From the NCBI GenBank assembly GCA_017625935.1, contig JAGALA010000032.1:16744-80743 (forward strand): a DNA stretch of 64,000 nucleotides, read 5' to 3'. This document shows, piece after piece, positions 9,268 through 18,100 of this stretch. Each line of letters begins with the position of its first letter. Positions within the stretch are counted from its first letter, which is position 1. Both the position numbers and the translations under genes were made by a program. The notes beneath the pieces were generated by a model. It was not told the DNA's origin, made no database searches, and was given only the letters and a program-made list of their open reading frames with translations. Source of the DNA: Clostridia bacterium (GTDB lineage Bacteria; Bacillota; Clostridia; Oscillospirales; CAG-272).

Positions 9268-9678
9268 ATGAATACTGAAAAATATTCTGATCTTGTAAAA
9301 AAAGCTATTGAGGCACGAAAGAAAAGCTATTCTCCCTACTCCGCCTTTTCGGTTGGAGCGGCGCTCCTTTGCGCTGACGGCACGATCTACACAGGGGCAA
9401 ACATTGAAAACGCCTCATATACACCGACGGTTTGTGCAGAGCGCGTTGCCTTTTTCAGCGCATTGCACGAGGGACAAAGAGATTTTTGCGCAATTGCAAT
9501 TGTCGGTGGCAAAAGCGGCGAGGAAATTTGCGAGTATTGCCCACCGTGTGGCGTTTGCCGACAGGTGATTAGCGAATTTTGCGGGGATGATTTTGAAATT
9601 ATCCTAAGTGATGGCAAGGAAAACAAGGCTTTAACCTTGAAGGAGCTTTTGCCGTATAGGTTCGACTTATTAAAATAA
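9268..9678 (+). CDS. cdd: cytidine deaminase
   Basis: 136 aa with zinc motifs CAER and CPPCGVCRQ. Confidence 0.9.
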   Translation: MNTEKYSDLVKKAIEARKKSYSPYSAFSVGAALLCADGTIYTGANIENASYTPTVCAERVAFFSALHEGQRDFCAIAIVGGKSGEEICEYCPPCGVCRQVISEFCGDDFEIILSDGKENKALTLKELLPYRFDLLK

Positions 9679-9796
9679 AACCAAGCATAAACATCAGGAG
9701 CAACATCCTGCCATACAAGAAAAAATATAAATGCCCATTAGCTCGGCACGGGCTAATGGGCGAAAAATAAATTTTGGAGAGAGGTATAGTTTTAGA

Positions 9797-10429
9797 ATGA
9801 ACAATCGTCTATTTATTGGTATCGCAGGTGGCTCGGGAAGTGGAAAAACGACCTTGGCTAAGCATTTGTCGCACTATTTTGGCGACCGTCTCTCTCTTTT
9901 GCGCCACGATGACTACTACAAGGCGCAAAGCGACTTGACTATTGAGGAGCGCGCAAGCTTGAATTTTGACCATCCAGATGCGTTTGACACTTCTCTCTTA
10001 ATTGAGCATATGGATGAATTGCGCGCAGGGCACGACATTGCCTGCCCTATTTACAACTACTCTTTGCACGACAGAAGCACGGACGTGCGCTTGGTGAAAT
10101 CCACCGAGGTAATTGTGCTTGAGGGAATTTTGATTTTTGAAAATCCCGAGATTTTGAAGCGCTTAGACATAAAGATTTACGTTGACACGGATGCGGACGT
10201 GCGCATTATAAGAAGAATAAAGCGCGACGTGAGCGAGCGCGGACGTGACCTTGACTCCGTTATTTCTCAATACTTTGCAACGGTAAAGCCGATGCACGAG
10301 GCATTTGTTGAGCCGAGCAAGCGACACGCCGACATTATTGTGCCCGAGGGCGGAATGAACCGCGTGGCACTTGAAATGATAATCCACCGCATTATTTCCC
10401 ATATGGACTCTAACCAAAAGGGTGAGTAA
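9797..10429 (+). CDS. udk: uridine kinase
   Basis: ATG at 9797 with an upstream GGAGAGAGG. P-loop IGIAGGSGSGKTT and the DHPDAFD motif. The 9731 extension lacks homology-type sequence. Confidence 0.85.
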   Translation: MNNRLFIGIAGGSGSGKTTLAKHLSHYFGDRLSLLRHDDYYKAQSDLTIEERASLNFDHPDAFDTSLLIEHMDELRAGHDIACPIYNYSLHDRSTDVRLVKSTEVIVLEGILIFENPEILKRLDIKIYVDTDADVRIIRRIKRDVSERGRDLDSVISQYFATVKPMHEAFVEPSKRHADIIVPEGGMNRVALEMIIHRIISHMDSNQKGE

Positions 10430-10479
10430 TTTGGGCATTGGTGAGATTAAGCTAAACAAGAAAGGAACAAGCACCGAAA

Positions 10480-11418
10480 ATGTTTGAAAAAATACACGAG
10501 CTTATAGAAAAATACCCTCGCATTATTTTGCACAGGCACAAAAACCCCGACGGAGATGCCTTGGGTGCACAAGAGGGTCTTAGAAAAATTCTTAAGGAAA
10601 GCTACCCAGACAAGGAAATATATGCCGTTGGCGATATGACACCGCGATACGGCTTTATTGCGGAGCCTATGGATGAAATTTCAGACGAGATTTATTCGGG
10701 CGCGCTTGCAATTATCTTGGACTGTGGCTCATCATCCCTTATTTGTGATGACAGATACACTCTTGCCGAAAAAACGGCGAGAATGGACCACCACGTTTTC
10801 TCGGAAAAAATTGCCGACTGTGAGGTTGTTGAAACATTGTTTGAAAGCTGCTGCGGTATGATTGCCGCGATGGCGAAGGAATGCGGTCTTTCAGTTTCAG
10901 CCGAGGCATCAAAGGCGCTTTACACGGGTATGATAACCGATTCGGGCAGATTCCGCTACGATTCCACCACCGCAAAGACCTTTGAGCTGGCTTCTTTTTT
11001 GATGGAGCGCGAGTTTGACACGTCAAGCATTTACAGGAATTTATATGCGGACGAGCTTTCAATGCTTCAGCTTCGTGCTAAGTTTACGCTTAAAATCCAA
11101 ACGACAAAAGAGGGCGTGGCTTACATTTACACACCGATTGACGAGCTTAAGAGCTATGGCGTTGACAATTTCACAATTTCACGCGGCATGGTTAACGTAA
11201 TGGGTGATATCCGCGGCATACATACCTGGGTGAATTTCACGGAGACGGAAAACGGTGTACTTTGCGAAATCCGCTCAAATCAGTACAATATCAACCCCAT
11301 TGCCACAAAATACGGCGGTGGCGGACATCAAAAGGCGAGCGGTGCGACTCTTAAAAATAAAGAGGAGGCAATGGCTTTGCTTGAGGACTTAAAAATGCTT
11401 TCGGAGGAAAATTTATGA
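10480..11418 (+). CDS. DHH/DHHA1 phosphoesterase (NrnA-like nanoRNase/pAp phosphatase), copy 1
   Basis: 312 aa. Motifs HRHKNPDGDALG, MDHH and GGGGH (DHHA1). Confidence 0.8.
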   Translation: MFEKIHELIEKYPRIILHRHKNPDGDALGAQEGLRKILKESYPDKEIYAVGDMTPRYGFIAEPMDEISDEIYSGALAIILDCGSSSLICDDRYTLAEKTARMDHHVFSEKIADCEVVETLFESCCGMIAAMAKECGLSVSAEASKALYTGMITDSGRFRYDSTTAKTFELASFLMEREFDTSSIYRNLYADELSMLQLRAKFTLKIQTTKEGVAYIYTPIDELKSYGVDNFTISRGMVNVMGDIRGIHTWVNFTETENGVLCEIRSNQYNINPIATKYGGGGHQKASGATLKNKEEAMALLEDLKMLSEENL

Positions 11419-12398
11419 ACGTAGCTTTGGCACAAACGGTGCTTGACACAATAAAGGAATATAAGAAAATTATAATTTTCCGTCACTTTAGACCCGACGG
11501 TGACGCGGTTGGCTCAACGAAGGGTCTTAAGCGCATTTTGGAGCTTTCCTTTCCCGAAAAGGAAATTGTTTTGCAAAACTGTGACTTTGCCACTTATCTT
11601 ACCTTCCTTGGCGGTGAGGACGAAATACGCGAGGATGAGTTTTACAGTGACGCGCTAGGTATTGTGCTTGACACAGCAACTGCGGCGCGCATTTCAAATC
11701 AGAAGTTCTCTCTTTGCGAAAAAATAATTAAGATTGACCACCATATTCCCATCGAGTCATACGGTGACATCAACTGGGTTGAGGAGGAGCGCTCCTCGTG
11801 CTGTGAGCTTATTGCAGCATTTTACGATACGATGCGAGGCGAGCTGAAAATTGACACCGAGGCATCAACGTATCTTTACACAGGCATGGTGACGGACTCA
11901 GGTCGCTTCCGCTTCCGCTCGGTAAGTGGGGAGACAATGCGCTTGGCAGGCATGCTCCTTAACCTCGGCATTGACACGGATATTCTCTACGCGCACCTAT
12001 ATATGAAGGATTTTGAGGAATTTAGGTTTGAGGGCTTTGTACTGAATAACATCAAAATGACCGAAAACGGCGTTGCCTACATCCATATTACCAGGGAAAT
12101 TATAGATGAATACGGGCTTTCGACCGAGCAGGCATCCGCTTGCGTTTCCTATATGGATTCAATAAAGAACAGCTTGATTTGGATTGCCTTTATCGATACT
12201 GACAAAGAAAACGAGATTCGCGTGCGTATTCGCTCACGATTTGTAACGGTAAACGCGCTCGGTGAAAAATACGAGGGTGGCGGTCACGCCTGTGCCTGCG
12301 GTGCTACTGTTCACGATATGGCAGGGGTTGAAGCGTTGCTTTCTGACGCGGACAAGCTCCTTAGCGAATACAAGAGCACAAATGAAGGATGGTTATAA
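11415..12398 (+). CDS. DHH/DHHA1 phosphoesterase (NrnA-like), copy 2
   Basis: 327 aa. Motifs FRHFRPDGDAVG, IDHH and GGGH. ATGA overlap with copy 1. Confidence 0.8.
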   Translation: MNVALAQTVLDTIKEYKKIIIFRHFRPDGDAVGSTKGLKRILELSFPEKEIVLQNCDFATYLTFLGGEDEIREDEFYSDALGIVLDTATAARISNQKFSLCEKIIKIDHHIPIESYGDINWVEEERSSCCELIAAFYDTMRGELKIDTEASTYLYTGMVTDSGRFRFRSVSGETMRLAGMLLNLGIDTDILYAHLYMKDFEEFRFEGFVLNNIKMTENGVAYIHITREIIDEYGLSTEQASACVSYMDSIKNSLIWIAFIDTDKENEIRVRIRSRFVTVNALGEKYEGGGHACACGATVHDMAGVEALLSDADKLLSEYKSTNEGWL

Positions 12399-13121
12399 AT
12401 GAAGATACTTATTACTAATGATGACGGCGTTGCCTCACCCGTTTTGCCCCTGCTTGCTAAGTGGGCAAGCAAGCTTGGCGAGGTTACCGTAGTTGCACCG
12501 AAGGTTGAGCAAAGCGCGAAGAGCCACGGTATTTACCTCTCCGAAATGGAGGTTACAGAGGTTACGCTTGACGGCATCATAACCGCATACGCAGTTGACT
12601 CCACCCCTGCTGACTGTGTGCGCTTTGGCGTGCATTGGTTCAAAAATGACTACGATTTGGTGCTTTCGGGCATCAACCGCGGCTATAATTTGGGCGACGA
12701 TATTGTTTACTCGGGCACGTGCGGCGCAATTTTCGAGGGTGCAAGAATGGGTATCCCAGGGCTTGCGGTATCAAGCGATATTGTAAACCTGATGGAAGCG
12801 CCCGACTCACTTGATGCGATTTGGGAGTACATACAGAAGAACAAGCTTTACGATTACAATTTGCTTTATAACGTGAATATTCCACCGTCTCCAACAGGCG
12901 AAATTCGCATAACGAAGCAGGGCGGCCCCTACTACTGCGACACGTTTATACGTGCAGAGGGCGAAAATATGTTTATTCAAACGGGATATATCTGCCAGAA
13001 TTCGGGAAATGACCCGACAAGTGATATTATTTCCGTACGTGCGGGCGTAATTTCTATTACACCGCTTATTACAACGCGTACAAATATGGACGCTTTTAAT
13101 AAGCTAAACAGCCGTGGATAA
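12399..13121 (+). CDS. surE: 5'/3'-nucleotidase SurE
   Basis: 240 aa. The N-terminal ILITNDDG motif and SGINRG match SurE. Confidence 0.9.
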   Translation: MKILITNDDGVASPVLPLLAKWASKLGEVTVVAPKVEQSAKSHGIYLSEMEVTEVTLDGIITAYAVDSTPADCVRFGVHWFKNDYDLVLSGINRGYNLGDDIVYSGTCGAIFEGARMGIPGLAVSSDIVNLMEAPDSLDAIWEYIQKNKLYDYNLLYNVNIPPSPTGEIRITKQGGPYYCDTFIRAEGENMFIQTGYICQNSGNDPTSDIISVRAGVISITPLITTRTNMDAFNKLNSRG

Positions 13122-13154
13122 ATATTTTATCAATTCTCTTGGATTTATTCCAAA

Positions 13155-13181
13155 ACGGCAGGAGCAAGCCCCTGCCCTACA
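13155..13181. repeat. REP-like hairpin element, family A, copy 1
   Basis: ACGGCAGGAGCAAGCCCCTGCCCTACA. Stem GGCAGG/CCTGCC around the loop AGCAAGCC. The second copy is at 59114-59143. Confidence 0.6.
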
Positions 13182-13185
13182 GTTT

Positions 13186-13220
13186 TAAAAAAGCTTCCCG
13201 AAAAATCGGGAAGCTTTTTA
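13186..13220. terminator. bidirectional terminator between convergent surE and the RNase gene
   Basis: 10-bp stem AAGCTTCCCG (13191-13200) / CGGGAAGCTT (13207-13216), flanked by an A-run and a T-run. Confidence 0.7.
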
Positions 13221-14984
13221 TGCGTATAAGAAAATTTTTCTTGTATCAATATAGTAAATAATGCTGACTGTATCGATTTGTGATGTGATTTTTAAGTCTG
13301 TAAGAGCTGTTGGAACGTATGGCGTTGGGTTATAATCGCTTTTGCTTGAAAGCTTGCCGCCGCCCGTTATGTTGCCGAACATTTCGCCCCATCCGCCGTA
13401 ATAGTTTAGGTATTCCTGGAAGTCGTTATAGTGATTGTAGGTATAGAAAACGTAGCGCTCGTCTGCGTCTATTGTGCCGTTTTGGTCGTCATCCTCGCAG
13501 CAGTAAACGATACGTGCCGCGCCGCGCGTGATTATTATGCCGTCATTATAATCCGTTACATAATATGCAGGGTCGCAGTCGGTGCCTGTTGTGCCAATAT
13601 CCATTTCGTAGTAGCTTAACGTGCCGCCACAGCCCGAGATATTGGGAAGCTCCGGCTCGTATGGGTACTTTGAGGTGCTGCCCGAGAAGGATGTGTGATT
13701 TAAACGCAGGTATATTCCCCACTCGCTTGACGTCGGCTTGGTGTTCTTTGAGGCGGTTTGGTTTGCAGGTGGCTCGCCAAATGCAAAGACGTGTGCCGCA
13801 ACCTCCTCGAGCATTATGTACGCTGCGCCCTTGTATATTTCCATTACAACGTCACCGTATGCATCAACAACGTAGTAAACACAGCCGTCCTCGGAATAAA
13901 GCATTTCGCTATTGCGGACGAATTTGCCGTTTTGCTTTGGCTGGAACGCAGAGATGGTCGGTGCTTGGTCCTGTGCGCCGATTGTGCCCGACATTAAGTT
14001 GTGCAAGGTTCTAAAGTACGCGTCCTCGTAGCTTTGCGCGGGCTTGTAGTTTGCGTAAAATTCATCCACGTCAACGTCGATATAGGGGTCCTCGGTATCG
14101 GTTGGCGCATCGGGATTATAAAAATCGATAATTGTTGCATTGTCAACCTCTAACGTGCCTTTATAATTTCGGAGTGTGCCGCTAATGAGCACGACGTCAC
14201 CCGATTTGAGTGTTGAGCTTGAAACGCTTGAGCCGTCAAGCATTGTGGATTTATAGACGTAGATTGTGCCCGTTTCGTCATAAACGTACATTCTGCCTTC
14301 AGTTAGACTGCTGATTTGCTTTACGGTTGCGACGATGTAGTACGTTTCCTCTGATGAAGCGCTTGTGTACTGCTCTGCTAACTCAAGTGCCTCTGAAACG
14401 GTGATGGTGTCATAGCCTTGGGCAAAATCGTTGTCTGTGATGTCATCATCGGTTGTGCCGTCATTTCCGCCACCTGTGGTGTCGTCGTTTTCGCCGCCCG
14501 TTGTGTTGTCGTCACCTGTGGTATCGTCATTACCGTCGCCTGTAGTGTTGTCGCTATCGTCATTGTCGGTATCGTCGGTGATTGTGTCACTATCGGTGCT
14601 TGGGGTATCCGTGTCGATGCCCGGGACAATTATAATAACGCTGTCTGAATAGTCACCAATTGTTGCCTTGACAACCGAGGTGCCGTATGAAAGCACGGTT
14701 ACAACGCCGCCCTCGACCTTAACGCAGCTATGGCTGCTTGTCCACGTAACCTTGCCCTCTATTTCCTCATTCAAGGTATATGTCAAGGTGATTTTGTCAC
14801 CCTTGTCAAGTGTATAGCGGTTTGCACCGTTTATGTAAAATGCTTTTTCTCCGCTGTCGGTGCTTGACTCGGTGTCGGTATTGCCTGCGCTGTCTGTGCT
14901 GCCAAGCAATGTACAGGACGAAACGCTAAGAAGCATTGATATAATCAAGACCACCGAGACTAAGATTTTAGATAATTTTTTCAC
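13218..14984 (-). CDS. tethered lipoprotein with an OB-fold module and a C-terminal barnase-like (microbial RNase N1/T1/barnase family) domain
   Basis: 588 aa. Lipobox LSVSSC and a T/D/N-rich linker. OB-like segment YYIVATVKQI...MYVYDETGTIYVY...ISGTLRNYKGTLEV. The C-terminus LSYYEMDI...RGAARIVY...YVFYTYNHYNDFQEY aligns with barnase TWREADI...NSDRILY...LIYKTTDHYQTFTKI. Confidence 0.6.
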   Translation of the reverse strand: MKKLSKILVSVVLIISMLLSVSSCTLLGSTDSAGNTDTESSTDSGEKAFYINGANRYTLDKGDKITLTYTLNEEIEGKVTWTSSHSCVKVEGGVVTVLSYGTSVVKATIGDYSDSVIIIVPGIDTDTPSTDSDTITDDTDNDDSDNTTGDGNDDTTGDDNTTGGENDDTTGGGNDGTTDDDITDNDFAQGYDTITVSEALELAEQYTSASSEETYYIVATVKQISSLTEGRMYVYDETGTIYVYKSTMLDGSSVSSSTLKSGDVVLISGTLRNYKGTLEVDNATIIDFYNPDAPTDTEDPYIDVDVDEFYANYKPAQSYEDAYFRTLHNLMSGTIGAQDQAPTISAFQPKQNGKFVRNSEMLYSEDGCVYYVVDAYGDVVMEIYKGAAYIMLEEVAAHVFAFGEPPANQTASKNTKPTSSEWGIYLRLNHTSFSGSTSKYPYEPELPNISGCGGTLSYYEMDIGTTGTDCDPAYYVTDYNDGIIITRGAARIVYCCEDDDQNGTIDADERYVFYTYNHYNDFQEYLNYYGGWGEMFGNITGGGKLSSKSDYNPTPYVPTALTDLKITSQIDTVSIIYYIDTRKIFLYA

Positions 14985-15091
14985 AATATTCCTCTTTTGT
15001 ATGCCTGACAGGAATGGAACAAATCATTCCTGCCAGGCATCTATTTTCACTATATTGTATCATTTTTAGGCGGAATAATCAAGAGGTTTAT

Positions 15092-15122
15092 AAAAAACCA
15101 CGCCCGAGGGCGTGGTTTTTTT
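15092..15122 (-). terminator. Rho-independent terminator after the 1217-aa gene
   Basis: CCACGCCC (15098-15105) / GGGCGTGG (15109-15116) with A/T runs on both sides. Confidence 0.7.
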
Positions 15123-15134
15123 ATTTAGGAAATA

Positions 15135-18100
15135 TTAACCCCAAAATGCGATTGAGTCAATCATTGCTCTAACACCGCCAGAAACAGTTGTGAAATTAAT
15201 TGTTTTGGTGGTTGTTGTGTCGATTTCGATTGCTGTGTACTCACCGTTGTTTGAAGCGGATGTAATTGTGTAATCAACACCGTTTACATTAATCTTTGTG
15301 CTGTTAGCCTTATATTGAGCAACCATGATAACTACCTTATCAACGTCGTCAGCTACAGTAAAGCTAAAACTACCAACAACCTTAGATGTACCAAGCTTAA
15401 TTGCGGAGTTACCCTTTGCGTCAGTTGCAGGACCGTATACCTTGCTCATATTTTCAAGAGTGAGCGTATAGCTGCCTTCTGTATAGGACTTAGATGCACC
15501 GAGGTCATTACCGTCAACGTGCTCGGCTGCTCCGTTTGCACCAAATTCGAACTTTGCAAGCTCCTTTTGGGAAGCTGCTGCATTTTGGTCAAATCCACAA
15601 ACAGTGCATATACCGTCTGCACCGATGTTGTGGCCAAGAGCCTCAGTCATAACTGCTTCGCAAAGTGTGCATTTTTGAGCCGTTGTACATGTTGCTTCAG
15701 AGCCTGCTACACAAGTATGCTTCTTAGTGATTGTAACCTCTGAACCCTTTTGAGCGATTTGGTTTGCACCGCTATATGTGCCGATTTCACCCTTAACTGA
15801 AACCTCGTCACCAACTGAAACTAACGTTGTGATTCTGAAAAGAAGGATTTGGTTGTCTTCTCCGTCAGAGAGCCACACATCCATATTGTTGTACTGTGTG
15901 CTCCAAGAGGACTTGATTTCTGAAATTGTACCTGTAAGAATAACCTTCTTGCCAACAGGTGCTGTAAGTGCGTCTTCAATGCTGATTGAGTAGTAGTAGT
16001 TAGGATCGTCAATGCCACAGCCGTTAGCGCAAACGCCGTCTGTGTATGAGTGACCAAGTGCTTCTACTTCATTGCCGGTATATGAGTGACCGCAGTCTGG
16101 TACTGTACATGTATATGTTGTGAAGCCAGCCGCTGTACATGTAGGAGCTGTAACTACCTCATTGTACACGTGCTCGTGATCTGTAGCGCCGCAAGCTGTG
16201 CAGGTGCCTTCTACATATGAGTGACCGAGAGCGTCAACGTATGTATCAACTACAATGTCACCGCATGAGCATGTGTGTGTTGTGTAGCCTTGCTCTGTGC
16301 AAGTAGGAGCTGTTACTTCGTCTGTATATTCGTGTGTGTGTGCTGTAGCCAAGCTGATTTGAAGCATAGCGTTAAGCGTTGCATCAACCTTTACACCACC
16401 AACGGTTGTGAATTTTCTTGCGAAGTCAGTGCCGAATGTGTAGTTCTCGCCTTCGAGCACCTTGTAGAATACCTTGTTTGTAGCATCAAATGAGAAGCCA
16501 ACCTCAGGAGCAGTATCTACGTATACTGCATTCTTGTGTGTGCCGCTAACAACGAGGTCCATATACTTTGTTGCACCACCTACTGTGAGGGTGATGTAGT
16601 ATGTATCATCTGTAGGACCTGCTAAAACTGTAATCTTAGCTGCAGCTGCTTGAGTTGAAACTGTAGCCATGTAGTACTTAGCGTTACCTGTTGCCATTTC
16701 GCCTGTGATGTAGCAAAGTGCGCCGTCTTGTGTCATAGCGAAGAAGTATTCGCTGCCAACAACCGGGCTAACTGCTTCGAATGGGATTTCGTCAGAGCTG
16801 TCGCCGCCGTTACCGTCAATTGTAGCTGTTGCGCCTTGAGCAACCTGTCTTTCTCCGTCCCAAGTAGCCATTTCACCCTTAACTGTGATTATATCACCGA
16901 TTTCAACCTTAGTTGAAAGTCTGAAGAGGTAAAGCTTGTTGCCGTCTGCGTCTATAATTGTAACGTTCATGTTACCATATTGCTCGTTCCAAGCACCCTC
17001 GATAGAGCAAACTGTACCTGTAACCTTAATCTTTGTTCCGTCTGCTGCTGAAAGTGCCTCAGTAATTGTCATTTCTGTGTAGTTGTCAGGTGTAGATGCG
17101 CCCTCGTTGTCAGGGTGAACCTTATGGTCAACTACCTTTGCGTTCTTAAGCTGAACGTCTGTGTTGTACTTACCAACTGAGGAAAGAACTGTGATGGTGT
17201 CACCCTTGAGTGGCTTAGGATCCATCTTGTCGTATCTTACCTTACCTGTTGCATCGTAAAGACCGTAGATGTAAAGTCTGAATTCGCCTGATTCATCTAC
17301 CAAGTAGAGGTTACCGTAAGTATCGTTTGCTACGCTTTCAACGATACCTGTGATGTAGTATATTTCGTCTGTGTAGTTGTTTGAAGCCATTGGGTCGCCA
17401 ATGTTGTTTGCTTCTTCAATTGTGATTGTTGAAATCGGTTTAACTGCGATTTCGTAATCCTTTGTCTTTGAAACCTCACCGCTTGTAACGGTTGCTGTAA
17501 GCTTTACAGTCTTAGTTTCCTCAGGAATTGTAACTGTAAGTGTTGCGCCGTTCAAGGTTGCAACGTCTGCGCCGTCAACAAGCTCCCAAGAGATTGAAAC
17601 GCCAACAAGGCTTGAGAATGTTGTTGGAAGTGTTGTGTCGCCTGCAACTTGAATCATACCGGGAATGGTTGTGTTTTCAAGTGTGATGTCAACTTGTACG
17701 TCGTCAGGCTTTTCTTGTGCAACAATGTTTGCAAGAGCATCCTTTGAAACAGGCATAAGGTACATATTGCTGTTATAAACTGCGATAATACCTGTTACGT
17801 CTGCTGCGTTGTAGAAGTTGTTGTTAAATGTTGATGTGAGTGTTCTGCCATCATCCTCTGTAATGCAGTTTGATGAGGTTGAAATTCTGAAGTATGTCTT
17901 GTGGTTACCGATTTCGAAGTTGTGGTAACCGTTTGATTCGCTGTATTGAAGAAGTGTAACGCCCTTGATTGTAACGAGCATACCGTTTAAGTTTGTAAGC
18001 GCCTTATCATCAAGTGAAGCTGCGCCGATAACTGCATCGGTAAAGTCAACAGGAGTAACTGTATTGATTGTTTCGTCAATAACGATTACGTCTGCGTTAA

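Noticed and set aside
13565-14014. A 149-aa plus-strand ORF, and other plus-strand ORFs at 13310-14652, inside the RNase lipoprotein gene.
   Set aside because: These are antisense shadows of a long, well-supported minus-strand gene. Their composition is Arg/Cys-rich or repeat-derived, and none has an RBS.
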